A DNA stretch of 63,877 bases, filler included, from Chiloscyllium plagiosum (Eukaryota): the NCBI RefSeq assembly GCF_004010195.1. It is 5 parts of one record of this genome, joined end to end, with 100 filler letters (N's around TTAATTAATTAA, not from the genome) between each part and the next. Parts side by side here need not be neighbours in the genome. Positions count along the whole stretch, not along the records: positions 37,537 to 51,120 come from NC_057715.1; positions 51,221 to 59,539 come from NC_057715.1; positions 59,640 to 63,877 come from NC_057715.1; 2 more parts are not named here. One strand, 5' to 3'. Under the pieces are notes generated by a model. That model was not told the DNA's origin and searched no databases. It saw only the letters and a program-made list of their open reading frames with translations. A program made the translations under genes and the position numbers. This document shows, piece after piece, positions 50,370-63,056 of this stretch (position 1 is its first letter; each line of letters begins with the position of its first letter).

Positions 50370-51120
50370 TTAAAAACAATGACTGCAGATGCTGGAAACC
50401 AGATTCTGGATTAGTGGTACTGGAAGAGCACAGCAGTTCAGGCAGCATCCAAGGACCAGCAAAATCGATGTTTCGGGCAAAAGCCCTTCATCAGGAATAA
50501 AGGCAGTAAGCCTGAAGCGTGAGTGGATAGGTGGAAAAGGAGATAGGCAGGTAGGACAAGTCCGGACAAGTCATGGGGACAGTGCTGAGCAGGAAGTTTG
50601 GAACTAGGATGAGGTGGGGGAAGAGGAAATGAGGAATTTGTTGAAGTCCACATTGATGCCCTGTGGTTGAAGTGTTCCGAGGCGGAAGATGAGGCGTTCT
50701 CCCTCCAGACGTCTGGTGGTGAGGGAGTGGAGGTGAAGGAGGCCCAGGATCTCCATGTCATCGGCAGAGTGGGAGGGGGAGTTGAAATGTTGGGCCATGG
50801 GGCGGTGTGGTTAATTGGTGTGGGTGTCCCGGAGATGTTCCCTAAAGTGCTCTGCTAGGAGGCGCCCAGTCTCCCCAATGTAGAGGAGACCGCATCGGGA
50901 GCAACGGATACAATAAATGATATTAGTGGATGTGCAAGTAAAACTTTGATGGATGTGTGGAAGGCTCCTTTAGGGCCTTGGATAGAGGTGAGGGAGGAGG
51001 TGTGGGCACAGGTTTTACAGTCCCTGCGGTGGCAGGGGAAAGTGCCAGGATGGGAGGGTGGGTCATAGGGAGGCGTGGACCTGACCAGGTAGTCACGGAG
51101 GGAACGGTCTTGGCGGAAGG
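50370..51120 (-). mobile_element. Neptune-type PLE 3' end (GIY-YIG) running into a gap
   Basis: TCTSTNIIYCIRCSRCGLLYIGETGRLLAEHFREHL and AQHFNSPSHS...LIFRLGTLQPQGINVDF. Confidence 0.92.
50460..50500 (-). ncRNA. Minimal hammerhead ribozyme motif (intact core)
   Basis: Minus strand: ttc-CTGATGA-a-gggc(tttt)gccc-GAAA-catc-gatt. Confidence 0.65.
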
Positions 51121-51220
51121 NNNNNNNNNNNNNNNNNNNNNNNNNNNNNNNNNNNNNNNNNNNNTTAATTAATTAANNNNNNNNNNNNNNNNNNNNNNNN
51201 NNNNNNNNNNNNNNNNNNNN
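51121..51220. other. Synthetic contig linker N44-TTAATTAATTAA-N44
   Basis: Same structure as the other linkers. Confidence 0.97.
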
Positions 51221-51655
51221 AGCGACTGGGCTTGTATACCCTTGGGTTTAGAAGACTGGGAGGGGATCTGATTGAGACGTATAAGATTATTAAAGGATTG
51301 GACACTCTTGAGGCAGGAAACATGTTTCCGCTGATGGGTGAGTGCCGAACCAGAGGACACAGCTTAAAAGTACGGGGTAGACCATTTAGGACAGAGATGG
51401 GGAGAAACTTCTTCACCCAGAGAGTGGTGGTTGTGTGGAATGCTCTGCCCCAGAGGGCAGTGGAGGCCTAGTCTCTGGATTCATTTAAGAAAGAGTTGGA
51501 TAGAGCTCTCAAGGATAGTGGAATCAAGGGTTATGGAGATAAGGCAGGAAGAGGATACTGATTAGGAATGATCAGCCATGATCATATTGAATGGCGGTGC
51601 AGGCTCAAAGGGCTGAATGGCCTACTCCTGCACCTATTGTCTATTGTCTATTGTC
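51221..51655 (+). mobile_element. CR1 3' end, third family with a (ctattgt)n tail
   Basis: LGGDLIETYKIIKGLDTLEAGNMFPLMGECRTRGHSLK...WNALPQRAVEA. Confidence 0.92.
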
Positions 51656-53200
51656 TTCATTTAGAGAGACAAGGTTTGAGTAGGGATGGTCAATATGGTT
51701 TGTCAGAGAAAGGTCATGCTTAGCAAATGGAGTCAGTTTTTTTGAGGATATGATTTAGTGTTTTGGGAAGAATAGAACAGTGTTGTTGGATTTCTGCAAG
51801 GCTTTTGACATGTCCCACATAGGAAACTGATAAAGAATGTAAAGGCTCAAGAGATGCAGGGTAATTTGGCAAGTTGAATCCAAAGTTGGCTTAATTGGCA
51901 GGATAGAAGGTGATAGTGGAAGGCTGTTTGTGTGACTGGAGTGCAGTGTGCAGTTACATGCCATTGGGATTAGCGCTGGATCTCCTATTGTTTGTGATAA
52001 CCATAAATAATGTAGATAAGAATATGAGATGATAAGTAAGTTTGCACATGACACAACGATTGACTGGGTGGTTGACAGAGAGGTGGAAGATGTTAGGTTA
52101 CAGGAGGTTGTAAATGGATTTGTCAGAGGGGTAGATCAATGTCGGATGGAATGTAACCTTCATAACTGTGAACTGATGCACTTTGGAAGAAGGAAGAAGA
52201 CCAGGAATTACTTAATGGACACCAGGAAACTCAGCAGAATAAAGCAATCTATGGGTGCTTGTTCTCAGATCCCTGAAGGTGAAAGGACAGATCAATAGGA
52301 TAATTAAGAAAGCATATGGGATGCTTTTTTCTATCAGTAGTAGCAAAGATAGGAGGTCATGTTAAAGCTATAAAGAACTTACGTTAGGCCACTGCTAGAG
52401 TACTCTGTGTAGTTATGGTCACTACACTATTGGAATAATGTGGTTGCTGCGGAGGAGTACAAGTATATTCACCAGGATGTTGCCTGGAATGAAGAGAGGC
52501 TGGAAAAATTCAGGTTTTCTGCAGAGATGGTTCAGGGGGAAACCTGATAGAGATGTATAAGATTGTGAATGGCATGGTCATGGTAAATAGAAAGCAGCCA
52601 CTTCCCTCAGTCAAACGGTCAATAACAAGGGTATATAAGTCTAAAGTGAAAGGGGGTTTTGAGGAAAACCTTTTCACCCAGAGTGCAGTAGGGGTTTGGG
52701 ATGCATTGCCTGAGGGAGTTGTCAAGTGGGGAAAACTCACAACCTTTAAAAAGAACTTGGATGAGCACTTGAGTCATAAAGTGGGCCTAATGTAAGTAAT
52801 AGTATATTTTTGACAGTGCTGAAGGGTTCTGTATGATTCCATGATTATACAAGTTAGGCCTGTGTTTATAATTCAGAAGGTTAAGCAGTGATGTTATCAA
52901 AGTCTTCAAGGTATTAACAGGAAAAGGCAGGGTTGATAAAGATAAATTATTTCTGGTTGGGTATTCCTTTTAGGAGAGATGCCATTAAGCACTTCTACAC
53001 AAAGGGTGATAGGAGTTTGGAACTCTCTTCCACAAATGGTAGTGGATGCTAAATCAGTTTTTAATTTTATAACTGAGATAAATAAATTTAAGTAAACATG
53101 TTAAGGAATGTGAGCCGAAAGCAGGTATATGGAGTTAGGCCATACATCAGCCATGATTTCATTTTTTAGTTGAACAAGTTCAGGGACTGAATGACCTATT
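51656..53200 (+). mobile_element. Old CR1 RT fragments (two tandem 3' ends)
   Basis: ISKFAHDTTI, CELMHFGR and WDALPEGVV; second tail at 52850-53200. Confidence 0.8.
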
Positions 53201-53214
53201 CCTGTTCTTGATTT

Positions 53215-53465
53215 AAAAACTGAAAGAACTGTAGATGCTGTAAATCAGAAACAAAAACAGAAATTGCTGGAAAAGTTCAGCAGGTCTGGCAGCATCTGTG
53301 AAGAGAAATCAGAGTTAGCGTTTTGGGTCCAGTGACCCTTCCTCAGAACTCTATGAAGAGAAATCTGAGGAAGGGTCATTGGATCTGAAATGTTAACTCT
53401 GATTTCTCTTCACAGATGCTGCCAGACCTGCTGAACTTTTCCAGCAATTTCTGTTTTTGTTTCTG
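53215..53465. mobile_element. About 250-bp palindromic PLE-like element with two opposed hammerhead motifs and an approx. 13-bp TSD
   Basis: Arms cagaaacaaaaacagaaattgctgg...ccttcctcaga / tctgaggaagg...ccagcaatttctgtttttgtttctg. TSD ctgttcttgattt (53202-53214) / ctgctcctgattt (53463-53475). Confidence 0.88.
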
Positions 53466-55734
53466 CTCCTGATTTGCCTTTCTTTAAGTGATGAACCAAG
53501 TACTTGCATTACTTGATTTGGTTTCAAAACTTGATATTAACAGTATTTGTTGCAATGAATGGAACTTGCTTTTTTGGTTGCATTCACTATCATTTGACAC
53601 AATTAATATTGGATAAGAACATATCTGTTCTGTGCTGTTTTTGAAAGTAGGTGGAATGAAAAATGCCGCCGCCCACTACAAAACCCCCCCCAACACCCTC
53701 TACAGAACTCCACATTCCACACTTCGATCTTTAATTGGCCCCTTTCTCTATAATTATTCCCATAGCAACCAAGCCCAATGAACCTGAATCATAAATTTGA
53801 GCTTCCCATTTTCCCCAGGACCCCACTGGCTGTTCCATATTAAGAGCTGTGACCATTAATGCCCAACCTCCAGGACTGACTGTACCACACATAGGACTGA
53901 CTCAGCAGAACTTACCCAACTGAAAATGACTCAATCCTTGGATTAGTGTCCCCACAACACCACATCTGAGATACTTATTATCCCCAGACTCGTTTAACGT
54001 GACCTGCCGGACAGACCTTGTCTCAATTTTCAAGCTGCAAGGACATAGATCTCCAGACTGTGGTAGAACCAAGTGTCTATGACTGTGGCCAACCCTGCAC
54101 TGAATTGACTAGATATGGTGACAACCTGTGACTGATTAAGGATTGGTGCCCTTTGACTTTCACACATGACCATTTGATTCAATCATATGTAGCATGTTTG
54201 CCATAAAAAGGTTGATGGCACATACTGCAACATTGACATATTATGGTGCCGTACAGCAAAACATCTATCCCCTTAACTGCTGAATATTTTTAACTATACA
54301 AGAAACCTGCCTATACATCTGTTAAAAAGCAGTGCAAGCACAGATGTTGGCAGCATTCAAATAAGCACAAGGTAACTGAGTGCTAAGAAAGTAAGCCAAG
54401 AGCCATAAGATACATCCTGTAGATAAATGAAATATGTGTGTGTCGCTTGGGCATACTGACCTGGCAGAAACCCGGTGTCCCTCAGTTCCGGAATGAAGTC
54501 TGAAGGGCTAAAGTGGTGTATAAGTGGGTCTGAGAGCAGCCATGATAATGTGGTGAGGCTGGTAGTTTGGCAATACCCATTTCTGGAGATTATGGTGAAG
54601 ACAGAGTTGTCTGAATTCCCAGAGAAGCAAGTAGCAAGTTGCTACCCCCAGTTTATTTGAACAAATAAGACTGGCAAAGAGAGAATATGAGATTGAAATA
54701 GTAGTTAGCATAAAAGGGTAAATGGGTAGTAGAAAGGATGTAATTTCCATGTCCGGAAATAGTGCTGTCTAGTTTCTCAGGGAAGAAGATGAAATCTGCG
54801 AGCTGCATGTAGATGAGGTGAGAGTAGCTAATAATAAGATGCAAATAAATAGAAATAAGATAGTCACCACTCATTAGTAAGATTCAAAATTGTTGTTTTA
54901 ACCTTAAAAGAACAATGGAATATTTTCACTTCAATTTCCTGACTTTCTTGCCACTGCCCAGAAATGGAAAATTTTGGTCACCATTTCCAATCCTCAAACT
55001 CCCTTCCCAACAACAATAATCCTTTCTAACAGCACTGTCGGTATCCCCATACACTGAAGACTGCAGCTAAAGAAAACAAATGCTGACCTAGCCAGTGACA
55101 TCCACATTCCATGAACAAATAAAAAAAGCAAGTAACCATCTATCCTTCAGACATAAGATAGTCAGTGGAGATAGTGCATCTTTCTGTGTAGATTTATCAA
55201 GGCCTGTTGCAGAATAGTTGTTAATGACAACTTTGAATCTCAGTTCTACAGCAAGAACTGCTGTGAAAGAGAATCCTTACAACGCACCATTGCAGAACAT
55301 CAAATAAATTAGCCATAAGGCTTCCTTTTATGACAGCCAAGTTGACCTTGTTGTTAAAACAGCCGCTAAAGCATTTTTGTACTTTCAATCAATACACAAC
55401 TATGAAATACCTACCCAAAAGGTTACTTTGAATCACTATTTAGAAGGATGTAATGGGCAGTTTGATAGAGATGAACAGAACAGAAAATGAACAGAAAATG
55501 ATAGAGATGAACAGAAAATAGAAACAGATTGTCAAACAATTTAAGGTCCACATGATTTAAGACCTGAAACCGGAAGCAGAAATCTTTCAACACAGAGATT
55601 TATTACACTATGCAATTTACAATTTAAATTAGTAATTAAACCATAGCTAAAAACTACTTCTGAACCACTGCTTGTCAGTCACTAGCTTTATGGAAATGCA
55701 GTTTAAAACAGTTGAAAATAGGTTTCTTCCACAT

Positions 55735-56073
55735 GCATGTTGGTTCAGTGGTTAGCACTGCTGTTTCACAGTGTCAGGGACCCAGGTTCAATTCCAGTCT
55801 TGAGTGACTGTCTCTGTCAAGTTTGCTTGTTCTCCCTGTGTCTTCATGAGTTTCTGCCAAGTCCTCTGCTTTCCTCCCACAGCCCAAAGATGTGCAGATT
55901 AGATAAATTGGCCAAGCTAAATTGACCCATAGCGTCCATGGATGTGCAGACCAGGTGGGTTAGACATGGTAAATGCAGGGTTATGGGGATAGAGTGGGAT
56001 GTTCTTCAGGAGGTTGGTGCAGACATGATGGGCCAAATGGTATGTTTCCACACTGTAGGGCTTGTATGATTCT
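55735..56073 (+). mobile_element. HE1-type V-SINE (diverged)
   Basis: cagtggttagcactgctg...ggttcaattcc...ttcctcccacagcccaaagatgtgcag. Confidence 0.85.
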
Positions 56074-56614
56074 AAGTGGCAAATAACATTAGTGCCATAC
56101 AAGTGCTAGGTGATGACCATCTCTAACAAGGAAGTGACTACTTGCTTGCTCTTGAAATTCAGCAGCATTACCATTGACTTGATCCAGGCCATCAACACCT
56201 TGTTTGTCACCATTAATATTCAATTAATAGAAGTCACACAAATAAGATACTACAGCAGGTTGCATGTTGGTTATTATCTGGTGATTGACTCACAACCTGG
56301 TTCCCAAAAGATGCAAAGGTACCAGCTCCAAAACCAAGTCTGGAATGTAATGGAAAATTATCTTCTTGCCAGATTGATTACTGCAAAAACTAGAATCTGA
56401 ATGAACAGGATAATGCAGCATACTAAATTGCCTAATTAATTAAATCAAATTCATTGGGTTCCTATTAAAATTAGACTTAACATTTTTTTAAAACAGCTGC
56501 ATTATATAAATTTGAATTATAAATGGATAAACTAATCATGTTGTAATTTGATTCAACAGCTACTTAATTTTAAGTCTTTATGTTCTGATCTGTTTTCATA
56601 TGGTTCTATTATAG

Positions 56615-56718
56615 AAGGCTTGACTGAAATCATGGAAGAGGAACTTAATCGACGTTTAATGGCTAGAGCTGATAAATCTCTGAAGATACCTGTGAAAAAA
56701 GTAGTTAGAGAACTGAAG
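56615..56718 (+). CDS. Candidate coding exon, unidentified protein
   Basis: Acceptor tgttttcatatggttctattatag|, donor AAG|gtattg. Only one frame is open: (E)GLTEIMEEELNRRLMARADKSLKIPVKKVVRELK, a protein-like composition in non-repetitive AT-rich flanks. Confidence 0.5.
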
Positions 56719-57635
56719 GTATTGCATTAAAAATCAGCAGTGAGATGACAACTTGTGTTCACATATGAGAAAAGACAGAGACTATAAGTATCTGACTCTG
56801 GACAATTTTGAAAATTAATTAACCAGCCAGCTATCCACAAACTCCACCATATTGACTGTCTTTTTCAAGTTCTCCACTATCATCCTCACAGGTTACATTG
56901 CTTCCAAGTTTAATCAATATAATTGCAGTAATCTTTCAGAAGTCTAATTTATAAGTGTAGAGATGCAGCTTCAGATCACACTGTGGAAACTGATGTAATT
57001 TGAATCAATACATTTATAAGTTTTGATTTGAGTTATGATGTCCTTACAAACTGATAACTCTGAAACAAAGATTAATGTACAGCAACTGCCAGAAATGATC
57101 CAAGGTGTCAGATTTCATATTTTAAGACTATTACAGTAAAAAGCAAACTAAAATAAGTATAGATCATATATTCATGCATTCTTTAAGAGGCAACCAATAT
57201 ACCAGTACTTTTGCGTTAATTAATTAAGGCAATTGAGATATATCTTAACAAATCATTTAACTGTTCATCCCACTTATGGCAGATATATTACATTACAATC
57301 CTATGTTCCAAGTTACTTCCAACTTGGCAGCAGGCTTACCTTTCTCTACCACACCAGGTCAGTTCTTCTAGTGTCCTTGAAAAATCATTCCACTCAATCT
57401 GTATATACCAAATTTACTTCCACCAGCAATGTGTACCTCAGCACCTCCTTATTCCTTAAACCTTCTAAAGTGTCTTAGCCTTCTTTTTGAACAAAAAACT
57501 GGTATCCATAGCATCCTGCTTTGGTTATGGACACCAAATAAGATCTTTACCTTCTCTTTGCAGCTGTGGTTGCACCATCTCTTTCCCTTTCTTTCTCTTT
57601 GTATAAAAATTAGCTGTCTTTTGTGAAAACTGTGA

Positions 57636-58097
57636 GGCAGGTGTGGTGTGGTGGTAATGTTACTGAACTATTTATCCAGAGTCCCAGGCTAATATTCTGG
57701 GGATATGGGTGAGAGCCCAATCATGGCAGATAGTGAAAGTTGACATAACTAAATGTTCTGGATCTAAAAAGCAATGTAAAGGCAATTGTAAAGCTGCTTT
57801 TGATGGCTCTTGTGATGCAATGATACTCTGGGCAGAAAACTTTGGTTCAGGTTCCACCTGCTTGAGCGATGCATAATAACATTTCTCAATATATTGGTTA
57901 GAAAATATCTATAGCCATTGTTGATTGTTTTAAATCCCATCTCGTTCACTAATGACTTTTACGTAAGGAAATCAGCTATCCTATATGTGACTTCAGACCC
58001 ACAGCAAAATGGTTGACTCTTAACAGTCCTCTGGGCGATTAAAGATGGGCAATAAATGCTAGCCTACCCATGATGCTTTTGTTCCATGAATAAATAA
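57636..58097 (+). mobile_element. Deu-domain SacSINE1-like SINE
   Basis: tRNA-like head; gttcactaatgacttttacgtaaggaaatc...gtgacttcagacccacagcaaaatggttgactcttaac; tail gatgggcaataaatgct...tgaataaataaa. Confidence 0.7.
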
Positions 58098-58739
58098 ACA
58101 CAAATAGGCTTTGGGTTGGCTTTCTTTATTCATGACAATTAGCTCTCACAGCCTGTGTCTAGGAAGAGGTTTAACATGAACACGTCCCCTATCCAAAACA
58201 TGCTACATATCTTATTGTAGAGATGACTATAACCATCTTTGAAGGTCCTGCAATTATAACTATTGTGATGAAAACTCATCTGGTTCTCTAAAATCCTATG
58301 GAAAAGAAAATCTGCAGTCCTTAGTTGGTCTGGTTAATAAATGGTTCCAGACACACTGCACTGTGGTTTCATATCGGATATCAAGCAACTCAGTTGTACC
58401 AAACTGCTATGAGAAAGTGGATGAAGATTGGATGACCCAGCATGACCTATCCATAAAGGCATTGAAAATGACAAAGTCATACACTGCCTTGTATTATTCC
58501 TCTTACAAATATCTTGGAGCTTATGCTAAAGTGGAAGAGCTGGCCCACAGACTAATCAAGCAATAGCCTGGGGGCTCAACAAATCAAACCTCAAGACAAT
58601 GTCCCAGATTCTTTCCTATCATCCCTGGATAGTTCTTGTTCCAACATTGCCTTACTCTCAATGTTGACTGCAGAATTGGTACATCTTATGGAATCAGGGC
58701 AAAGATGAATAAGGAAACTTCCTGCTGATTACCACCATG

Positions 58740-59190
58740 CAGATCTCCTTCAGTGTGATTTGGACAAGTTGAGTGAGAGGGCAAATGCGTGGCAAATGAA
58801 GCATATTGTGGTAATTTATGAGGCTATCCACATCTGTCGCAAAAACAGTAATGCAGATTATTAATTGAATGGTGATAGATTGGGAAAGTGCAGTGTTACA
58901 TTGTTGTCCTTGTACATCAATTGCTGAATGTAAGCAGGAAGGTGCAGCAGATGGTGAAGAGGCAAGATTAGGAACATGGATGTCTTACATCAATTTTACA
59001 GAGCCTTGCTGATTCTGCACTGGAGTATTGTATGCAGGTTTGGCCACGTTATCTGAGGAAGCATGTTCTGACTATTGAGAGAGTGCAACAAAGGTTTACC
59101 AGACTAATTTCTGAGTGGCAGAACCGATGGATGAGGAGGACTGGATCAGTTAGCATTCTCCTCACTAGAGTTCAGAAGGTTGAGGGGGGA
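58740..59190 (+). mobile_element. Old CR1 RT fragment
   Basis: LQCDLDKLSERANAWQM and LEYCMQVWPRYLRKHVLTIERVQQRFTRLI. Confidence 0.8.
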
Positions 59191-59539
59191 ATCATAGAAA
59201 TAGAACATAGAACATAGAACAATACAGCACAGAACAGGCCCTTCGGCCCACAATGTTGTGCCAGACATTTGTCCTAGCTTAAGCACCTATCCATGTACCT
59301 ATCCAATTGCCGCTTAAAGGTTGCCAATGATTCTGACTCTGCCACTCCTACAGGCAGCGCATTCCATGCCCCCACCACTCTCTGGGTAAAGAACCTACCC
59401 CTGACATCCCCCCTATACCTTCCACCCTTCACCTTAAATTTATGTCCCCTTGTAACACTCTGTTGTACCCGGGGAAAAAGTCTCTGACTGTCTACTCTAT
59501 CTATTCCTCTGATCATCTTATAAACCTCTACCAAGTCAC
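59191..59539 (-). mobile_element. Young CR1 3' end ((ttctatg)n-tail family) running into a gap
   Basis: ORF 59274-59534 (EVYKMIRGIDRVDSQRLFP...WNALP); catagaa repeats. Confidence 0.92.
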
Positions 59540-59639
59540 NNNNNNNNNNNNNNNNNNNNNNNNNNNNNNNNNNNNNNNNNNNNTTAATTAATTAANNNNN
59601 NNNNNNNNNNNNNNNNNNNNNNNNNNNNNNNNNNNNNNN
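59540..59639. other. Synthetic contig linker N44-TTAATTAATTAA-N44
   Basis: Same structure as the other linkers. Confidence 0.97.
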
Positions 59640-61503
59640 CTTTCCCAAAATGCAGCACCTCGCATTTATCTGAATTAAACTTCATGTGCCTCTTCTCAGC
59701 CCATTGGCCCATCTAGTCCAGATCTTGTTGTAATCTGAGGTAACCCTCTTCGCTGTCCACTACACCTCCAATGTTGATGCCATCTGCAAACTTACTAACT
59801 CTACCTCTTATGCTCGCATCCAAATCATTTATGTAAATGACAACAAGTAGAGGATGCTTGTGGCACTCCATTGGTCACAGGCCTGCAGTCTGAAAAACAA
59901 CCCTCCACCACCACCTTCTGTCTTCTACCTTTGAGCCAGTTTTGTATCCAAATGGCTAGTTCTCCCTGTATTCCATGAGATCTAACCTTGCTAATCAGTC
60001 TCCCATGGAGAACCTTGTCGAACATCTTACTGAAGTCCATATAGATCATATCTACTGCTCTGCCCTCATCAATTATCTTTGTTACTTCCTCAAAAAACTC
60101 AATCAAGTTTGTGAGACATGATTTCCCACCCACAAAGCCATGTTAACTATGCCTAGTCAGTCCTTGCCTTTTCAAATACATGTACATCCCTCAGGATTTT
60201 CTCCAACAACTTGCCCACCAGTGACATCAGGCTCAACGGTGTATAGTTCCCTGGCTTGTCTTTACCGCCCTTCTTAAACAGTGGCACAACGTTTGCCAAC
60301 CTCCAGTCTTCCAGCACCTCACCTGTGACTATTGATGATAGAAATATTTCAGCAAGAGGCCCAGCAATCACTTCTCTAGCTTTCCACAGAGTTATAAGGT
60401 ACACCTGATCAGGTCCTAGGGATTTATCCACTTTAATTCGTTTCAAGACATCCAGCACTTCCTCCTCTGTAATCTGGACATTTTGTAAGATGTCACCATC
60501 TACTTCCCTACATTCTGTATCTTCCATATCCTTTTCCAGAGTAAATACTGATGCAAAATATTCATTTAGTATCTCCCCCATTTTCTGCGGCTCCACACAA
60601 AGGATCTTTGGGGGCCCAATTCTCTCTATAGTTACCCTTTTGTCCTTAATATATTTGTAAAAACCTTTTGGATTCTCCTTAATTCTATTTGCCAAAGCTA
60701 TCTCATGTCCCCTTTTTGCCCTCCTGATTTCCCTCTTAAGTATACTCCTATTTCCTTTATACTCTTCTAAGGATTCACTCGATCTATCCTGTCTATACCT
60801 GACATGTGCTTCCTTCTTTTTCATAACCAAACCCTCAATTTCTTTAGTCATCCAGCATTCCCTATACCTATCAGCCTTCCCTTTCACCCTAACAGGAATA
60901 TACTTTCTCTGGATTCTTGTTATCTCATTTCTGAATGCTTCCCATTTTCCAGCCGTCCCTTTACCTGCGAACATCTACCTCCAATCAGCTTTCAAAAGTT
61001 CTTGCCTAATACCGTCAAAATTGGCCTTTCTCCAGTTTAGAACTTCAACTTTTAGATCTGGTCTGTCCTTTTCCATCACTCTTTTAAAACTAACAGAATT
61101 ATGGTTACTGGCCCCAAAGTGCTCCCCCACTGCCACCTCAGTCACCTGCCCTGCCTTATTTCCCAAGATTAGGTCAAGTTTTGCACCTTCTCTAGTAGGT
61201 ACATCCTCATACTAAATCAGAAAGTTGTCTTGTACACACTTAACAAATTCCTCTCCATTTAAACCTTTAACACAGTCCCAGTCGATGTTTGGAAAGTTAA
61301 ATCCCCTACCATAACTACCCTATTATTCTTACAGATAGCTGAGATCTCCTTACAAGTTTGTTTCTCAATTTCCCTCTGACTATTAGGGGGTCTATAATAC
61401 AATCCAAATAAGGTGATCATCCCTTTCTTATTTCTCAGTTCCACCCAAATAACTTCCCTGATGTATTTCCGGGAATATCCTCCCTGAGCACAGCTGTAAT
61501 GCT
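59640..61503 (-). mobile_element. CR1 (HER1-like) ORF2 fragment (APE-RT)
   Basis: ORFs 60153-60974, 59825-60133, 60975-61166 and 61259-61444 (GLYYRPPNS, EDWRLANVVPLFKKG, YMDFSKMFDKV). Confidence 0.95.
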
Positions 61504-62406
61504 GAATGTAGGAGATATAGTTAGTAAGTTTGCGGATGACACCAAACTTGGTGGTATAGTCGACTGTGAAGAAGGTTACCTAAGAGTACAAAAAGATCTT
61601 GATCAGATGGGCGAGTGGGCTGTGAAGTGGCAGATGGAGATAAACTTGAGGTGTTGCATTTTGATAAGGCAAACTAGAGCAGGACTTAGATAGACAGTTA
61701 ATGAAAGGGACCTGGGGAGTGTTCTTGAACAGAGAAACCTTGGGGTGCAAGTACATTGTTTCTTGCAAGTGGCATTGCAGATATACAGGGTGGTGAAGAC
61801 TGCATTTGGCACGCTTGCATTCAGTATAGGAGTGGAATGTCATGTTGCAGCTGTCAAAGACATTTAGAATACCGTGCACAATCCTGGTCACCCTGCCAAA
61901 GGAAAGATGTTGTTAAACTGGAAATGATATAGAAAAAAAATTGCAATGATGACACTGGGACTGGAGGGTTTGAGTTATAAGGAGAGTCTGAATAGCCTAG
62001 AACTTTTTTCTCTGGAGTGTAGAAAACTGAGGGCTGACCTTCTCCAGCTCTATAAAATGAGGTGCATCGATAGGGTGAATAGCCAAGATCTTTTCCCTAG
62101 GGTTGGGGAGTCCAAAACTAGGTGCATAGGTTTAAGGTGGGAAGGGAAAGATTTAATAGGGACCTGAAGGGCAACTTGTTTTCATACAGAGCGTAGTGCA
62201 TGTAAGGAATGAACTGCCAAATGAAATAGCAGAGACAGGTACAATTACAATATTTCAAAGACATTTGGACAGGTACACAAATAGGAAAAGTTTAGAGGGA
62301 TAGGGCCAAACACAGGCAAATGGGACTAGTACAATTTAGGATACCTGGTCAGCATGGACAAGTTGGATTGAAAAGTCTGTTTCCATGCTATATGGCTCTA
62401 TGACTC
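61504..62406 (+). mobile_element. CR1 3' fragment
   Basis: VSKFADDTKLGG and LEGLSYKESLNSL; tail ctatggctctatgactc. Confidence 0.9.
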
Positions 62407-62669
62407 AGTGTTGTCACCGCAATTAATTTCCTATCTATCTTTGTATTGTCAGCAAACCTGGTTATAACAAAGTCAGTACTTTCATCTGTGATTTTCAATG
62501 GAATGTAAGTAGTTAAGGCAACAGAAGTGATTCCTGTGGTACTCCACTAATTATTATTTACCATCTTGGAAATGACCTGTTTATTGAGAATTCTGATCAG
62601 GCTACTAATAAATTAAGTCTCGTTGATAGCAACGTGAACTTGGATTTATGTAGATCTTTTAACATAATG

Positions 62670-63030
62670 TCATAAAACATCCCACTATAATTCACAGTGC
62701 CATTTCAAAGACACAGCTGCATGAGGTAACTCAGACAGATAGCCTGAAGTTTGGCAAAGAGGTAAGTTTTAAGGAGAGTCTTAAAGAAGGAAAGCATTGT
62801 TGAGAGGTGTAGGGATAGAAGTTCTAAAGTTTAGCCCCTAAATAACGGAAAGTAAATCCAATGGTGGTAGAGTGTTTTAAATCAAGAATACCTAAGAGGC
62901 TGGAGATAGACTGGTGCTGATTTCTCAAAGTGGTAGACATGATTCCAGAGACTAAAAGGAGCCATGCCGTAGAGGTAACTTGAAACAAGACCAGAATTTT
63001 AAAATTGAAACGTTGCTTAACCTGGAACTA
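62670..63030 (-). mobile_element. Old L2-like LINE 3' remnant
   Basis: gcaaagaggtaagttttaaggagagtcttaaagaaggaaag...gaattttaaaattg, resembling L2 3' regions on the opposite strand. Confidence 0.45.
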
Positions 63031-63056
63031 ATTTTAAAATTGAAACGTTGCTTAAC

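Noticed and set aside
59640..62406. Back-to-back CR1 pieces as a twin-priming 5' inversion
   Set aside because: Both pieces include the same KFAD RT region and differ in divergence, so they are separate copies.
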